Shown in pieces: positions 27,101 through 40,112 of a DNA stretch of 64,000 nucleotides. Position 1 is the first letter of the stretch. Each line of letters opens with the position of its first letter. Both the position numbers and the translations under genes were made by a program. Source of the stretch: Macrostomum lignano (Eukaryota); assembly GCA_002269645.1 (NCBI GenBank), contig NIVC01000094.1, positions 992,001 to 1,056,000 of the forward strand, in the 5' to 3' direction. The notes beneath the pieces are model-generated. The model worked only from the letters and a program-made list of their open reading frames with translations, was not told the origin of the DNA and did not search any database.

Positions 27101-30100
27101 GCCACTATGTCTAACATTAAAGAGCCACCATGTCAAACATAAAAGAGCCACCATGTCAAACATAAAAGAGCCACCATGTCAAACATATATGTGAATCCAG
27201 GTCAAACATTAAAGAGCCTCAATGTCAAACATTAAAGAGCCACCATGTCGAATATTAAAGAGCTTTCATGTCGAATATTAAAGAGCCACCATGTCTAACA
27301 TTAAAGAGCCACCATGTCGAACATTAAAGAGCCACCAAGTCTAACATTAAAGAGCCACCATGTCGAATATTAAAGAGCCACCATGTCTAACATTAAAGAG
27401 CCACCATGTAAAACATAAAAAAGCCACCATGTCAAACATAAAAGAGCCACCATGTCAAACATATATGTGAATCCAGGTCAAACAGTAAAGAGCCACCATG
27501 TCAAACATAAAAGAGCCACCATGTCGAACATAAAAGAACCACCATGTCCAACATAAAAGAGCCACCATGTCAAACATTAAAGAGCCTCAATGTCAAACAT
27601 TAAAGAGCCACCATGTCGAATGCGATAGATTTCAGAAAAAATGGCTCAACCGATTTTCTTCAAACTTGCACCATTCGATCAGAAATTTTCCTGGGACGGT
27701 ACATGCATCTTGGCTAAGAAATTGCTCAATATTAAAGGGATCAAATATTCGAAAAACATGCTTTTTTGCAAAGGTCAAGCAGCTCTTTCGACCTGAAATG
27801 CATTGTAAGAATGCTAGAGAAAAAACTGACTGACTGAATTCCAATTGTGATAAAGATTACATCACAACCAGTTGAAAACAGTGCCGAACAAATGCACACA
27901 AAACTTGATTTAAGTTGCGTAACAATATTGCTAACTTAAATTGACACTGATACTGGCTGACTGAGAAATTGATTATGTCATAACTTTTTACTCTAACCGA
28001 TTTGCTATAAGAATTTAATTATAAGGGCCACAATTCACGTATTCCAATTGACAAGAGATAGCATAGATGCGAACAGACTGGACTGCTAATGCAGCGACCT
28101 GGGTTCGAATCTTAGTAGTGCAAAAAGATTTTTTTATTCAAAAACCTTAAAAACACAAATGCTAAACACAAAAAAGCACAATGTCAAACATTAAAGAGCC
28201 ACCATGTCAAACATTAAAGAGCCACCATGTCGAACATTAAAGAGCCATCATGTCGACCATTAAAGAGCCACCATGTCTAACATTAAAGAGCCACCATGTA
28301 AAACATAAAAAAGCCACCATGTCAAACATAAAAGAGCCACCATGTCAAACATATATGTGAATCCAGGTCAAACAGTAAAGAGCCACCATGTCAAACATAA
28401 AAGAGCCACCATGTCGAACATAAAAGAACCACCATGTCCAACATAAAAGAGCCACCATGTCAAACATTAAAGAGCCTCAATGTCAAACATTAAAGAGCCA
28501 CCATGTCGAATATTAAAGAGCCACCATGTCTAACATTATAGAGCCACCATGTCGAACATTAAAGAGCCACTATGTCTAACATTAAAGAGCTACCATGTCG
28601 AATATTAAAGAGCCACCATGTCTAACATTAAAGAGCCACCATGTCGAACATTAAAGAGCCACTATGTCTAACATTAAAGAGCCACCATGTCGAATATTAA
28701 AGAGCCACCATGTCTAACATTAAAGAGCCACCATGTAAAACATAAAAAAGCCACCATGTCAAACATAAAAGAGCCACCATGTCAAACATATATGTGAATC
28801 CAGGTCAAACAGTAAAGAGCCACCATGTCAAACATAAAAGAGCCACCATGTCGAACATAAAAGAACCACCATGTCCAACATAAAAGAGCCACCATGTCAA
28901 ACATTAAAGAGCCTCAATGTCAAACATTAAAGAGCCACCATGTCGAATATTAAAGAGCCACCATGTCTAACATTATAGAGCCACCATGTCGAACATTAAA
29001 GAGCCACTATGTCTAACATTAAAGAGCCACCATGTCGAATATTAAAGAGCCACCATGTCTTACATTAAAGAGCCACCATGTCGAACATTAAAGAGCCACT
29101 ATGTCTAACATTAAAGAGCCACCATGTCAAACATAAAAGAGCCACCATGTCAAACATAAAAGAGCCACCATGTCAAACATATATGTGAATCCAGGTCAAA
29201 CATTAAAGAGCCTCAATGTCAAACATTAAAGAGCCACCATGTCGAATATTAAAGAGCTTTCATGTCGAATATTAAAGAGCCACCATGTCTAACATTAAAG
29301 AGCCACCATGTCGAACATTAAAGAGCCACTATGTCTAACATTAAAGAGCCACCATGTCGAATATTAAAGAGCCACCATGTCTAACATTAAAGAGCCACCA
29401 TGTAAAACATAAAAAAGCCACCATGTCAAACATAAAAGAGCCACCATGTCAAACATATATGTGAATCCAGGTCAAACAGTAAAGAGCCACCATGTCAAAC
29501 ATATAAGAGCCACCATGTCGAACATAAAAGAACCACCATGTCCAACATAAAAGAGCCACCATGTCAAACATTAAAGAGCCTCAATGTCAAACATTAAAGA
29601 GCCACCATGTCGAATGCGATAGATTTCAGAAAAAATGGCTCAACCGATTTTCTTCAAACTTGCACCATTCGATCAGAAATTTTCCTGGGACGGTACATGC
29701 ATCTTGGCTAAGAAATTGCTCAATATTAAAGGGATCAAATATTCGAAAAACATGCTTTTTTGCAAAGGTCAAGCAGCTCTTTCGACCTGAAATGCATTGT
29801 AAGAATGCTAGAGAAAAAACTGACTGACTGAATTCCAATTGTGATAAAGATTACATCACAACCAGTTGAAAACAGTGCCGAACAAATGCACACAAAACTT
29901 GATTTAAGTTGCGTAACAATATTGCTAACTTAAATTGACACTGATACTGGCTGACTGAGAAATTGATTATGTCATAACTTTTTACTCTAACCGATTTGCT
30001 ATAAGAATTTAATTATAAGGGCCACAATTCACGTATTCCAATTGACAAGAGATAGCATAGATGCGAACAGACTGGACTGCTAATGCAGCGACCTGGGTTC

Positions 30101-33100
30101 GAATCTTAGTAGTGCAAAAAGATTTTTTTATTCAAAAACCTTAAAAACACAAATGCTAAACACAAAAAAGCACAATGTCAAACATTAAAGAGCCACCATG
30201 TCAAACATTAAAGAGCCACCATGTCGAACATTAAAGAGCCATCATGTCGACCATTAAAGAGCCACCATGTCTAACATTAAAGAGCCACCATGTAAAACAT
30301 AAAAAAGCCACCATGTCAAACATAAAAGAGCCACCATGTCAAACATATATGTGAATCCAGGTCAAACAGTAAAGAGCCACCATGTCAAACATAAAAGAGC
30401 CACCATGTCGAACATAAAAGAACCACCATGTCCAACATAAAAGAGCCACCATGTCAAACATTAAAGAGCCTCAATGTCAAACATTAAAGAGCCACCATGT
30501 CGAATATTAAAGAGCCACCATGTCTAACATTATAGAGCCACCATGTCGAACATTAAAGAGCCACTATGTCTAACATTAAAGAGCTACCATGTCGAATATT
30601 AAAGAGCCACCATGTCTAACATTAAAGAGCCACCATGTCAAACATTAAAGAGCCACTATGTCTAACATTAAAGAGCCACCATGTCGAATATTAAAGAGCC
30701 ACCATGTCTAACATTAAAGAGCCACCATGTAAAACATAAAAAAGCCACCATGTCAAACATAAAAGAGCCACCATGTCAAACATATATGTGAATCCAGGTC
30801 AAACAGTAAAGAGCCACCATGTCAAACATAAAAGAGCCACCATGTCGAACATAAAAGAACCACCATGTCCAACATAAAAGAGCCACCATGTCAAACATTA
30901 AAGAGCCTCAATGTCAAACATTAAAGAGCCACCATGTCGAATATTAAAGAGCCACCATGTCTAACATTATAGAGCCACCATGTCGAACATTAAAGAGCCA
31001 CTATGTCTAACATTAAAGAGCTACCATGTCGAATATTAAAGAGCCACCATGTCTAACATTAAAGAGCCACCATGTCAAACATTAAAGAGCCACTATGTCT
31101 AACATTAAAGAGCCACCATGTCGAATATTAAAGAGCCACCATGTCTAACATTAAAGAGCCACCATGTAAAACATAAAAAAGCCACCATGTCAAACATAAA
31201 AGAGCCACCATGTCAAACATATATGTGAATCCAGGTCAAACAGTAAAGAGCCACCATGTCAAACATAAAAGAGCCACCATGTCGAACATAAAAGAACCAC
31301 CATGTCCAACATAAAAGAGCCACCATGTCAAACATTAAAGAGCCTCAATGTCAAACATTAAAGAGCCACCATGTCGAATATTAAAGAGCCACCATGTCTA
31401 ACATTATAGAGCCACCATGTCGAACATTAAAGAGCCACTATGTCTAACATTAAAGAGCCACCATGTCAAATATTAAAGAGCCACCATGTCTAACATTAAA
31501 GAGCCACCATGTCGAACATTAAAGAGCCACTATGTCTAACATTAAAGAGCCACCATGTCAAACATAAAAGAGCCACCATGTCAAACATAAAAGAGCCACC
31601 ATGTCAAACATATATGTGAATCCAGGTCAAACATTAAAGAGCCTCAATGTCAAACATTAAAGAGCCACCATGTCGAATATTAAAGAGCTACCATGTCGAA
31701 TATTAAAGAGCCACCATGTCTAACATTAAAGAGCCACCATGTCGAACATTAAAGAGCCACTATGTCTAACATTAAAGAGCCACCATGTCGAATATTAAAG
31801 AGCCACCATGTCTAACATTAAAGAGCCACCATGTAAAACATAAAAAAGCCACCATGTCAAACATAAAAGAGCCACCATGTCAAACATATATGTGAATCCA
31901 GGTCAAACAGTAAAGAGCCACCATGTCAAACATAAAAGAGCCACCATGTCGAACATAAAAGAACCACCATGTCCAACATAAAAGAGCCACCATGTCAAAC
32001 ATTAAAGAGCCTCAATGTCAAACATTAAAGAGCCACCATGTCGAATATTAAAGAGCCACCATGTCTAACATTATAGAGCCACCATGTCGAACATTAAAGA
32101 GCCACTATGTCTAACATTAAAGAGCCACCATGTCAAACATAAAAGAGCCACCATGTCAAACATAAAAGAGCCACCATGTCAAACATATATGTGAATCCAG
32201 GTCAAACATTAAAGAGCCTCAATGTCAAACATTAAAGAGCCACCATGTCGAATATTAAAGAGCTACCATGTCGAATATTAAAGAGCCACCATGTCTAACA
32301 TTAAAGAGCCACCATGTCGAACATTAAAGAGCCACTATGTCTAACATTAAAGAGCCACCATGTCGAATATTAAAGAGCCACCATGTCTAACATTAAAGAG
32401 CCACCATGTAAAACATAAAAAAGCCACCATGTCAAACATAAAAGAGCCACCATGTCAAACATATATGTGAATCCAGGTCAAACAGTAAAGAGCCACCATG
32501 TCAAACATAAAAGAGCCACCATGTCGAACATAAAAGAACCACCATGTCCAACATAAAAGAGCCACCATGTCAAACATTAAAGAGCCTCAATGTCAAACAT
32601 TAAAGAGCCACCATGTCGAATATTAAAGAGCCACCATGTCTAACATTATAGAGCCACCATGTCGAACATTAAAGAGCCACTATGTCTAACATTATAGAGC
32701 CACCATGTCGAATATTAAAGAGCCACCATGTCTAACATTAAAGAGCCACCATGTCGAATATTAAAGAGCCACCATGTCTAACATTAAAGAGCCACCATGT
32801 CTAACATTAAGGAGCCACCATGTCTAACATTAAAAAGCCACCATGTCGAACATTAAAGAGCCACCATGTCGAACATAAAAGAGCCACCACGTCAAACATT
32901 TAAGAGCCACCATGTCTAACATTAAAGTGCTACCATGTCGAAAATTAAAAAGCCATCATGTCTAACATAATAGAGCTACCATGAAGAACATTAAAGAGCC
33001 ACCTCGTAAAACATTAAAGAGCCACCTTGTCAAACATAAAAGAGCCACCATGTCAAACATATATGTGACTCCATGTCAAACAGTAAAGAGCCACCATGTC

Positions 33101-33530
33101 AAGCATAAAAGAGCCACCATGTCGAACATAAAAGAGCCCTCATGTCAAACATTAAAGAGCCACCATGTCAAGCATAAAAGAGCCACCATGTAGAACATAA
33201 AAGAACCACCATGTCCAACATAAAAGAGCCACCATGTCAAACATTAAAGAGCCGCAATGTCAAACATTAAAGAGCCATCATGTCTAACATTAAACAGCCA
33301 CCATGTCGAACATTAAAGAGCCACCATGTCGAACATAAAAGAGCCACCGTGTCTAACATTAAAGAGCCACCATGTCTAACATTAAAGAGCCACCATGTCT
33401 AACATTAAAGAGCCACCATGTCTAACATTAAAGAGCCACCATGTCGAACATTAAAGAGCCACCATGTCGAACATAAAAGAGCCACCATGTCAAACATTTA
33501 GGAGCCACCATGTCAAACATAAAATTTACA
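24115..33530. repeat. 23-bp satellite (TCAAACATTAAAGAGCCACCATG)n with higher-order structure
   Basis: The marker variant CATATATGTGAATCCAGG recurs at spacings of 437, 391 and 276 bp (19, 17 and 12 units). Interrupted by head copies at 27621-28180 and 29615-30175. Confidence 0.95.
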
Positions 33531-33939
33531 CAATTTCAAACGTAAAAGTAAGCGTCATGCCAATTTTAAAGGAGCCACTATAGAGCTAAGGAAATTGTAG
33601 CACTAGCTACCGGGTACTTATTGTATGGTGGATGCTTACTATTTGGGGATGCTTGCTATCTGGGGGATGCTTGCTATCTGGGGATGCTTGCAATCTGGGG
33701 ATGCTTGCTATTTGGGGGATGCTTGCTGTCTTGGGATGATTTCTTTTTGCATTACACTTTATTTGAGCAGTTTGTCTGTCGTCTTTGTGAAGGCTTTTTT
33801 GGCTATCTTTTTGTTACTTGTAGAGAACAGAGATTCTATCCAGATGTCCCCCAACGGGGCGAAGATTGCTAGTACAAACAACTAAAGCATGAAGCGGCTA
33901 TCGTTCGTAGAGATGAGAGCGTTAAAGCGATGAGAGATG

Positions 33940-34740
33940 CCTGATCCCAAGGTATCAGCAACTCCAATCCCGATCCCAGATTCCAGGTTTCAGATCCTAT
34001 TCCAGATTACAGATCCTAGATTACAGATCCCAAATCCCAAATCCCAGATCCCAGACTCTAGATTCCAGATCATAGCATCCCAAATCCCAGATTCCAGACT
34101 CTAGATCCTAGATCATAGCATCCCAAATCCCAGATCCCAGACTCTAGATTCCAGATCATAGCATTCCAGATCCCAGATCCCAGACTCTAGATCCTAGATC
34201 ATAGCATCCCAAATCCCAGATCCCAGATTCCAGATTACAGATCCCAAATCCCAAATCCCAGATCCCAGACTCTAGATTCCAGATCATAGCATCCCAAATC
34301 CCAGATTCCAGACTCTAGATCCTAGATCATAGCATCCCAAATCCCAGATCCCAGACTCTAGATTCCAGATCCCAGATCCCAGACTCTAGATCCTAGATCA
34401 TAGCATCCCAAATCCCAGATCCCAGATTCCAGATTACAGATCCCAGATCCCAGATCCCAGATCCCAGATCCAGATCCCAGATCCCAGATCCCAGATCCAA
34501 GATTCCAGATCCCAGACTCTAGATTTCAGATCATAGCATTCCAGATTCCAGATCCAGACTCTACATCCTAGATCATAGCATCCCAAATCCCAGATCCAAG
34601 ATCCCAGATCAAAGATCCCAGATCCTAGATCCCAGATCCTAGATCCCAGATCAAAGATCCCAGATCCTAGATCTTAGAATTTCAGATCCCATATCCTAGT
34701 TCTTACTATTTCAAATCCCAAGTCCCAGATCCCAGATGAC
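33940..34740. repeat. 7-bp-based satellite (GATCCCA)n
   Basis: Tandem GATCCCA, GATTCCA and AATCCCA variants. Confidence 0.9.
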
Positions 34741-34872
34741 AACCAATAGAAAGCAAGCGGTTGTACACGATGGTACGAGTTGCATTACGGTATATTACGA
34801 GCTAAAATCATTCGAACGAAATAATCAGGCCAGTTGAGCAGCGGTTCTGCAGTCAGTCGGTGAGTCATTCAG

Positions 34873-35289
34873 TCAGTTGTCAGTGCTGGATCTTCTGGGC
34901 GTGGAGAATTTGAGACGAAAGGAGAGTTTTTTATCCTTGCAGCTGAGAATCTGCTTCCAAGCCTCCCTGAGATCCTCGCGCTCGGAGTCCGCTCCCAGGT
35001 GGATGACCCCAACGGTCTTCTGGAAGTAGTGCTGCACGCTGCCGACGCTGCCTCGCCGAAGATTCGCCATGCGGGCCGTGGGCTCCTGCTTGAGCAGCAG
35101 CTTCAGGCTGGCGCTCTCCAGACTGCTGGACTGCAGGCTGATGCGCATCTTGTGGTTGAACACCGGATTGTAGGAGTTCGTCACCGCGGCCGTGCGGTCC
35201 GACAGCACGACGTTGTGGCCGCGCAGCAGCATCAGCTTCATGTACAGGCAGGGGGTGGTGGCCGATACCGGGATGGCCGCGTTGTTCAC
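34873..35289 (-). CDS. Tandem-C2 (synaptotagmin-like) gene, last exon (C2B)
   Basis: Acceptor CCGCAG|GTG at 35289; encodes LYMKLMLL...TNSYNPVFNHKMRI...VGVIHLG (C2-like); stop at 34873. Confidence 0.7.
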   Translation of the reverse strand: MNNAAIPVSATTPCLYMKLMLLRGHNVVLSDRTAAVTNSYNPVFNHKMRISLQSSSLESASLKLLLKQEPTARMANLRRGSVGSVQHYFQKTVGVIHLGADSEREDLREAWKQILSCKDKKLSFRLKFSTPRRSSTDN

Positions 35290-35437
35290 CTGCGGTCAGT
35301 TGATGAGAAATGCTTGTTTGGGATGCGGGACTGATGACTGTCTGTCCATTAAGGTTTGCAACTCATGAGCTGCCTCAGGGGAGGGGAGGACAGAAGCTCA
35401 GAGGAGGGGAGGACAGGAACCCAGAGGAGGAGGACAG

Positions 35438-35612
35438 TGTAATGACTCAGACTAGCTATTTAGTTTGGCGAGAGAAACGATGCACTTAAATGAGCCGACT
35501 GCTCAATTCAATATATTTATAGGCCCGAGAGCATTGCGTAATAAGAGTATTGCTACGAGTTAGTTCATCGACCAAGCCAAGTACATTATTACCGCGCAGA
35601 GCGTACACTACA
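35438..35612 (-). repeat. 3' LTR
   Basis: TGTAATG...CACTACA; polypurine tract GAGGAGAGA adjacent on the minus strand (35613-35621). Confidence 0.95.
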
Positions 35613-35862
35613 TCTCTCCTCATTTTGGATTAAAAGTTTTACTGCAAAAGGTTTTTAAAAAATGAAAATTACCACAAATACGAGTAAAATCTGGCAAAGA
35701 AGAAACATTAATAGAGAAAATGTTACTGGTTGTACATGTAATGCCTTAGCTGGAGAATGAACAATTTTCTATCCGCAATCTCAAGACGCAAAAGCAAAAT
35801 CAAACAAGATATTAGCGTCAGTCTGCCAAGCGCGAGTTATAGTTAAACCCTATAGTTCACTT

Positions 35863-38800
35863 TCACCTTGGCCTCTCGGGGTGTGGTCGCAGCGCAATTG
35901 GAGGGGTCGCGGGTTCGCTCCCCGCAGCTTGCAGGATCGGCGGTGCGGTCTCCCCGACAGGAAAATCGGGCTCTGCATCTGGCGCTACCCGCTTCAGGTC
36001 AGTGCAGTGCCGCCTGCAAACTCTGGCGCCCTGCCGAATGGTCATCGAGTCGCCCTTGACACTCTCGACCAGCCAGGGTGTCCACTCGAACGGAGTCTCG
36101 CCCTTGAGCGGATTTAGTCGGCGCCGGAGCACCGTGTCGCCGACTTTGAGCCCATGCGGTCTCGCCTGCCGTCGCTTGTCCGTGTAGCGCTTGCCCTTTG
36201 CCTTGCTGCTGGCGTCCTGCTGTCGGAGCCTCCTGTCTGCGATGGCCACCGGTCTCGACGGCCTGATTGACGGGATGGCGTCGTTTGGGACGCGACCCAA
36301 GAGCAGCTCGGCTGGTGCCCGGTTGGTGGTTCGCTGCGGCGTGCAACGGTAGGCCAGCAGCCACTCGTCAAGGGCCGCCCTCCAGTCGCGCTTCTGGGCA
36401 ATGGCAGCTCGTACAACCTTATTGATGGAGCGGTTCAGGCGCTCAGTGATGCCGTTGGCCTGCGGATGCAGCGGTGTGATGAGACGCTGCCGGATTCCGT
36501 AGCTGTCCAGAAAGCCTTTGAACTGGGCCGAGGAGAATGGCGGGCCGTTATCGGTGACCAGTACCTGTGGGATGCCGAATCTGGCGAACGAATTCCTCAG
36601 CTTGGGAATCAGCGCTTCGGCCGTTGTGGTCTGGACGATCTCGACTTCAGGGAAGCGCGAGTAGTGGTCAACGCAGACGAGCAGCATGCTGCCTTGAATG
36701 GGGCCTAGCAGGTCTGCCCCTAGTGTTAGCCATGCAGCTTTCGGGATCGGCGTCGGCTTCAGCGGCGCGGCGGTCACGTCGGCCGCGTGCGACGTAGCTG
36801 CACAGGCTCGGCAGGCACGCACGAAGAGCTCTGCTTCTGTCTGCATCCTCGGCCACCAGACTTTGGTGCTCAAACGGTCAACCGTCTTGCGCAGGCACTG
36901 ATGACCGCGGTGTGCCAGGTCCAAAACCAGGCGCCGAAGCGCCATTGGAACTACGATTCTCTGGCCCCGCAGGAGCACGCCGTCTGCTGCCGATAGCTCA
37001 TTCCGTAGGGCGTGGAGCGATCGCGTCTCCGCCGACTCGAGGCTCCATCGTCCTGTCTCCAGCGATCGAATAGCGGCTTGAATTGTTGCATCTTGCAGCG
37101 AACTCTCTTGCACTGAGGACAGCGACAGCGCGTTCGGTATGGCCGCCTGGACGATTGCAGCGATGCAGAGGGTGTCGAGCTCTTCGCCGACATTTCTTCC
37201 TCGTGTTGGCAGCGGCTGCCGGCTCAGCACGTCCGCTGGGTTTAGTGGGCCAGGCTGGTATTCGACTGTAAATTTCATGTGCTGAATGCGCAGCGCCATT
37301 CTTTCGATCCTCGGGGAGGCCTTGAGCCACTGCTGAACAATGCGATGAGCGGCTTGTGGTCTGTCACCACCGTAAATGTCGGAGCGCCGTGCAGATAGTA
37401 CTGAAATTTCAAGCAGCCGTATTTGACGGCCAGCGCCTCCTTCTCAGTCTGGGAGTAGCGCTGCTCAACATCGGACAGCGTCCGGCTGGCGTACGCGACA
37501 GGCCGGTTGGTGCCGTCCGCTTGCGTCTGCGTTAGGATCGCGCCCAGGCCCGCTGGGCCGGCGTCGACGATGAGTTGCGTCGCTAGGCGGTGGTTGAAGA
37601 AGGCGAGGGTGCCGCTGGTCGCAATCCGGGTCTTCACGTCGTCAAAAGCTCGTTTCTCGAGGTCGGTCCATGCCCAGGGCTCGCCTTTCCTAGTCAGATT
37701 GCGCAGTGGCCTCGCTACATCCGCCAGCCCGGGGGTGAATGAGGCCAGATAGTTGACCAGGCCTAAGAACGAGCGCACCTCTGTGGCGGTCTTTGGCTCG
37801 GCAAATGCATGGATGGCTTCCAACTTGGACTGGGTTGGTCTGACACCTTCACTGGACAGCTGCATCCCCATGAACGTGACCTCGGTACGGGCGAGCTTGC
37901 ATTTTAACGGATTCAGCGTCAGCCCGTGCTGCGCCAGTCGTCGCAGACATGCCTGCAGGTTGCTGTGGTGCTCCGCCACGCTGTGCCCATACACGATGAT
38001 GTCGTCGTGAATCCATTTTACTTTCGGGAGTCCAGCTAGCACGGATGACATGACCGCCTGGAGAATTTCCTGGGCCGTAGACAGTCCCATACAGAGCCGT
38101 GTCAGCCGCCGCAGGCCTCGTGGTGTCGAAAAAGTCAGAAGATGGCGGCATTCGTCGGCGACTGGGATTTGATAAAATGCCTTCGCGATGTCGAGCTCTG
38201 AGAATAGCTGCGCTCCTGCCATGTCTCCCGTCACCTCCTCGAATGTCGGGATGGGATGCCGCTCTCTGATGACCGACTTGTTCAGGTCTCTCAAGTCCTG
38301 CGTAATCCTGATCTCGCCTGGAGTCTGCTTGGGCACGACGACGATGCGGGCTACCCACGGACAGGGGCCTTCCACCGGCTCGATGATGCCTTGGTCCTCG
38401 AGGCACTGCAGCTCGGCGTCGACTGCCTGTGCGAGATGTATTGGCACCCTTGATGGGGATGACAGATCGGCTTGGCTCCCTCCTCCAGGAAGATGCGGGC
38501 GGCATAGTTTTTGAGCCTGCCGATTCCGCTGAAGACTTGTGCGTTCTCCGTTAGGAGTTCGTGCAGGGCCGGTGCCCCGGCGCATGTAGGACGTCCTTTG
38601 GGATCCCTGTTAGCATGCTGTCTAGCGAGACCTCGGGAGACGGACGCAGCTGGCATGCCACCTTGTTCTCCGGGCCGACTCGCAGAATCTGAAGTCTTTC
38701 AGCGCTTCTCCGGCCAATGATGCAAGCGCCCTCACCGTCGAGCACCAAGAACGGTAGTGTCTCGTGGATCTCGAACACGCTGACTTGCAGGTCTGCCTTG

Positions 38801-39867
38801 CCCAGCAATCTCAGCGGCTCTTGGCTTCCGTATGGGTAGACCTTGTCGCTGGCGGGCTGCAGCGCGGCTTTTTGCGGCATCCTGTCGTAGGCCGCCCTGT
38901 CGATGATGTTGCAGGCCGCGCCGCTGTCGATGAGCACCTTTGTCTTGAGCCCGTTAATTGTCGCAGGCGTCCAAGTAGAGCCGTAGTTCCTCAGGGTGAA
39001 TAGCTCGTGCTCGATGGGGTCGTCTTGCAGATATTCGACTCGACCCGGCGGAGCCTCCTCCTGCGGTTCGTCAACGGTCCTCAGAGGGACTTTAGCTGCT
39101 CCTCGACACGCCCGAGCGAAATGACCCATCTTGCCGCAGCGTCGACACGCCTTGTTACGGGCTGCCTCGCACGTCTGATGCCCTGGTCGCCCGCAGCGAT
39201 CGCAGTTGATGCCGCTGTCTCTTGCCGCGGCAGCCGGCCTGGTTGTATGGGATGGTCGGTTACGAGGTGGACGCAGCGCCGCCACATTCGAAGCGGAAGG
39301 ATGGCCCGTGTCGGCTGCGGCGCCGATCTCCATGGCCTGGGCCTGCTGCTCCGCTGCCTCCCTCGCTCGGATTCGCTTCAAAACGTCGTCTAAGGAGACA
39401 TCGTTGAGCTGCAGGAGTTCCCTCCTGATCCTCTCGGACCGGTAATGAGCCACGATCTTGTCCCTGATGAGCGAGTCTCGGAGTTCGCCGAACGTACATT
39501 GGTCCGCAGCCTTGCGTAGCCGATGATACCAGGCCTCAATTGACTCTCCTTCCTCCTGCCGGCATATTTCAAACTGGTACCTGAGGAAGACAACGCTGTT
39601 CTTTTGGTCGAAGATACCCTGCAACTTTTTGATGAGCTCCTCCGCGGACTCTCCTTTCTTGACGCCGTTATCGTCCATGAAGTCTTCCAGCTTCTCGCCC
39701 GCAGTGTAAACTAAGAGCTCCAGCTGCTGTGTCGCATCTGTGATGCCAGCTGCGCGTATGTAGCTGTTGAACCTTCGCGTCCAGGTTTTCCATCGCTGAG
39801 CTCTTGTCAGAGGATCGCCTTCGAGGTCAAAGGCGTCTGGTGCCGCGAGTTGCAGGGCCTGTGCCAT
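35863..39867 (-). CDS. gag-pol polyprotein, probably one ORF split by three single-base frameshifts (~37314, ~38456, ~38601)
   Basis: CCHC-type knuckles (CDRCGRPGH, CRRCGKMGHFARAC), protease LIDSGA, RT IHDD, RNase H DAG...TDHKPL, and integrase HHCC with DDE (GADLLGP, TDNGPPF, ITERLN). Confidence 0.92.
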
Positions 39868-39920
39868 ATTTGCTGAATCACCGGTCGTTATCAGTGCGCG
39901 GGGGGTTGGCCTCACTGAGA

Positions 39921-39937
39921 GTTTGCTTGCGACGCCA
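39921..39937 (-). promoter_or_regulatory. Primer-binding site TGGCGTCGCAAGC
   Basis: Starts TGG immediately after the 5' LTR and is complementary to a tRNA ending ...GACGCCA (Ser-type discriminator G, inferred). Confidence 0.75.
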
Positions 39938-40112
39938 TGTAATGACTCAGACTAGCTATTTAGTTTGGCGAGAGAAACGATGCACTTAAATGAGCCGACT
40001 GCTCAATTCAATATATTTATAGGCCCGAGAGCATTGCGTAATAAGAGTATTGCTACGAGTTAGTTCATCGACCAAGCCAAGTACATTATTACCGCGCAGA
40101 GCGTACACTACA
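39938..40112 (-). repeat. 5' LTR
   Basis: Same sequence as 35438-35612 at an offset of exactly 4500. Confidence 0.95.

Larger units (their letters stand above)
23509..33872 (+). mobile_element. Non-autonomous Helitron-like element, family A, expanded (10.4 kb)
   Basis: 5' TCCTATATACTAAAAATGAG directly after the CTAG of family D; 3' CCCCAACGGGGCGAAGATTGCTAG|T at 33872. Contains two internal head copies. Confidence 0.85.
35438..40112 (-). mobile_element. Ty3/Gypsy LTR retrotransposon (Mag-like), 4675 bp, recent insertion
   Basis: Two 175-bp LTRs (TG...CA), identical by eye, and a 5-bp TSD GACAG on both sides (35433-37 and 40113-17). PBS and PPT present; domain order gag-PR-RT-RH-IN. Confidence 0.97.

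Noticed and set aside
8020-33530. CRISPR-like or other repeat-spacer arrays
   Set aside because: The units are contiguous with no unique spacers, there are no cas genes, and the context is eukaryotic.
1-33872. Autonomous Helitron (RepHel) coding sequence
   Set aside because: No HUH Rep or PIF1 helicase motifs in any ORF; the recurring 70-120 aa ORFs (…FSLAFLQCIS…) are just the repeated head.
38590-38610. Programmed -1 frameshift at C CCA AAG after the protease
   Set aside because: It fits a slippery pattern and the right frame, but two other pol shifts and several in host genes have the same one-base-missing signature. An error is more parsimonious, though not excluded without reads.
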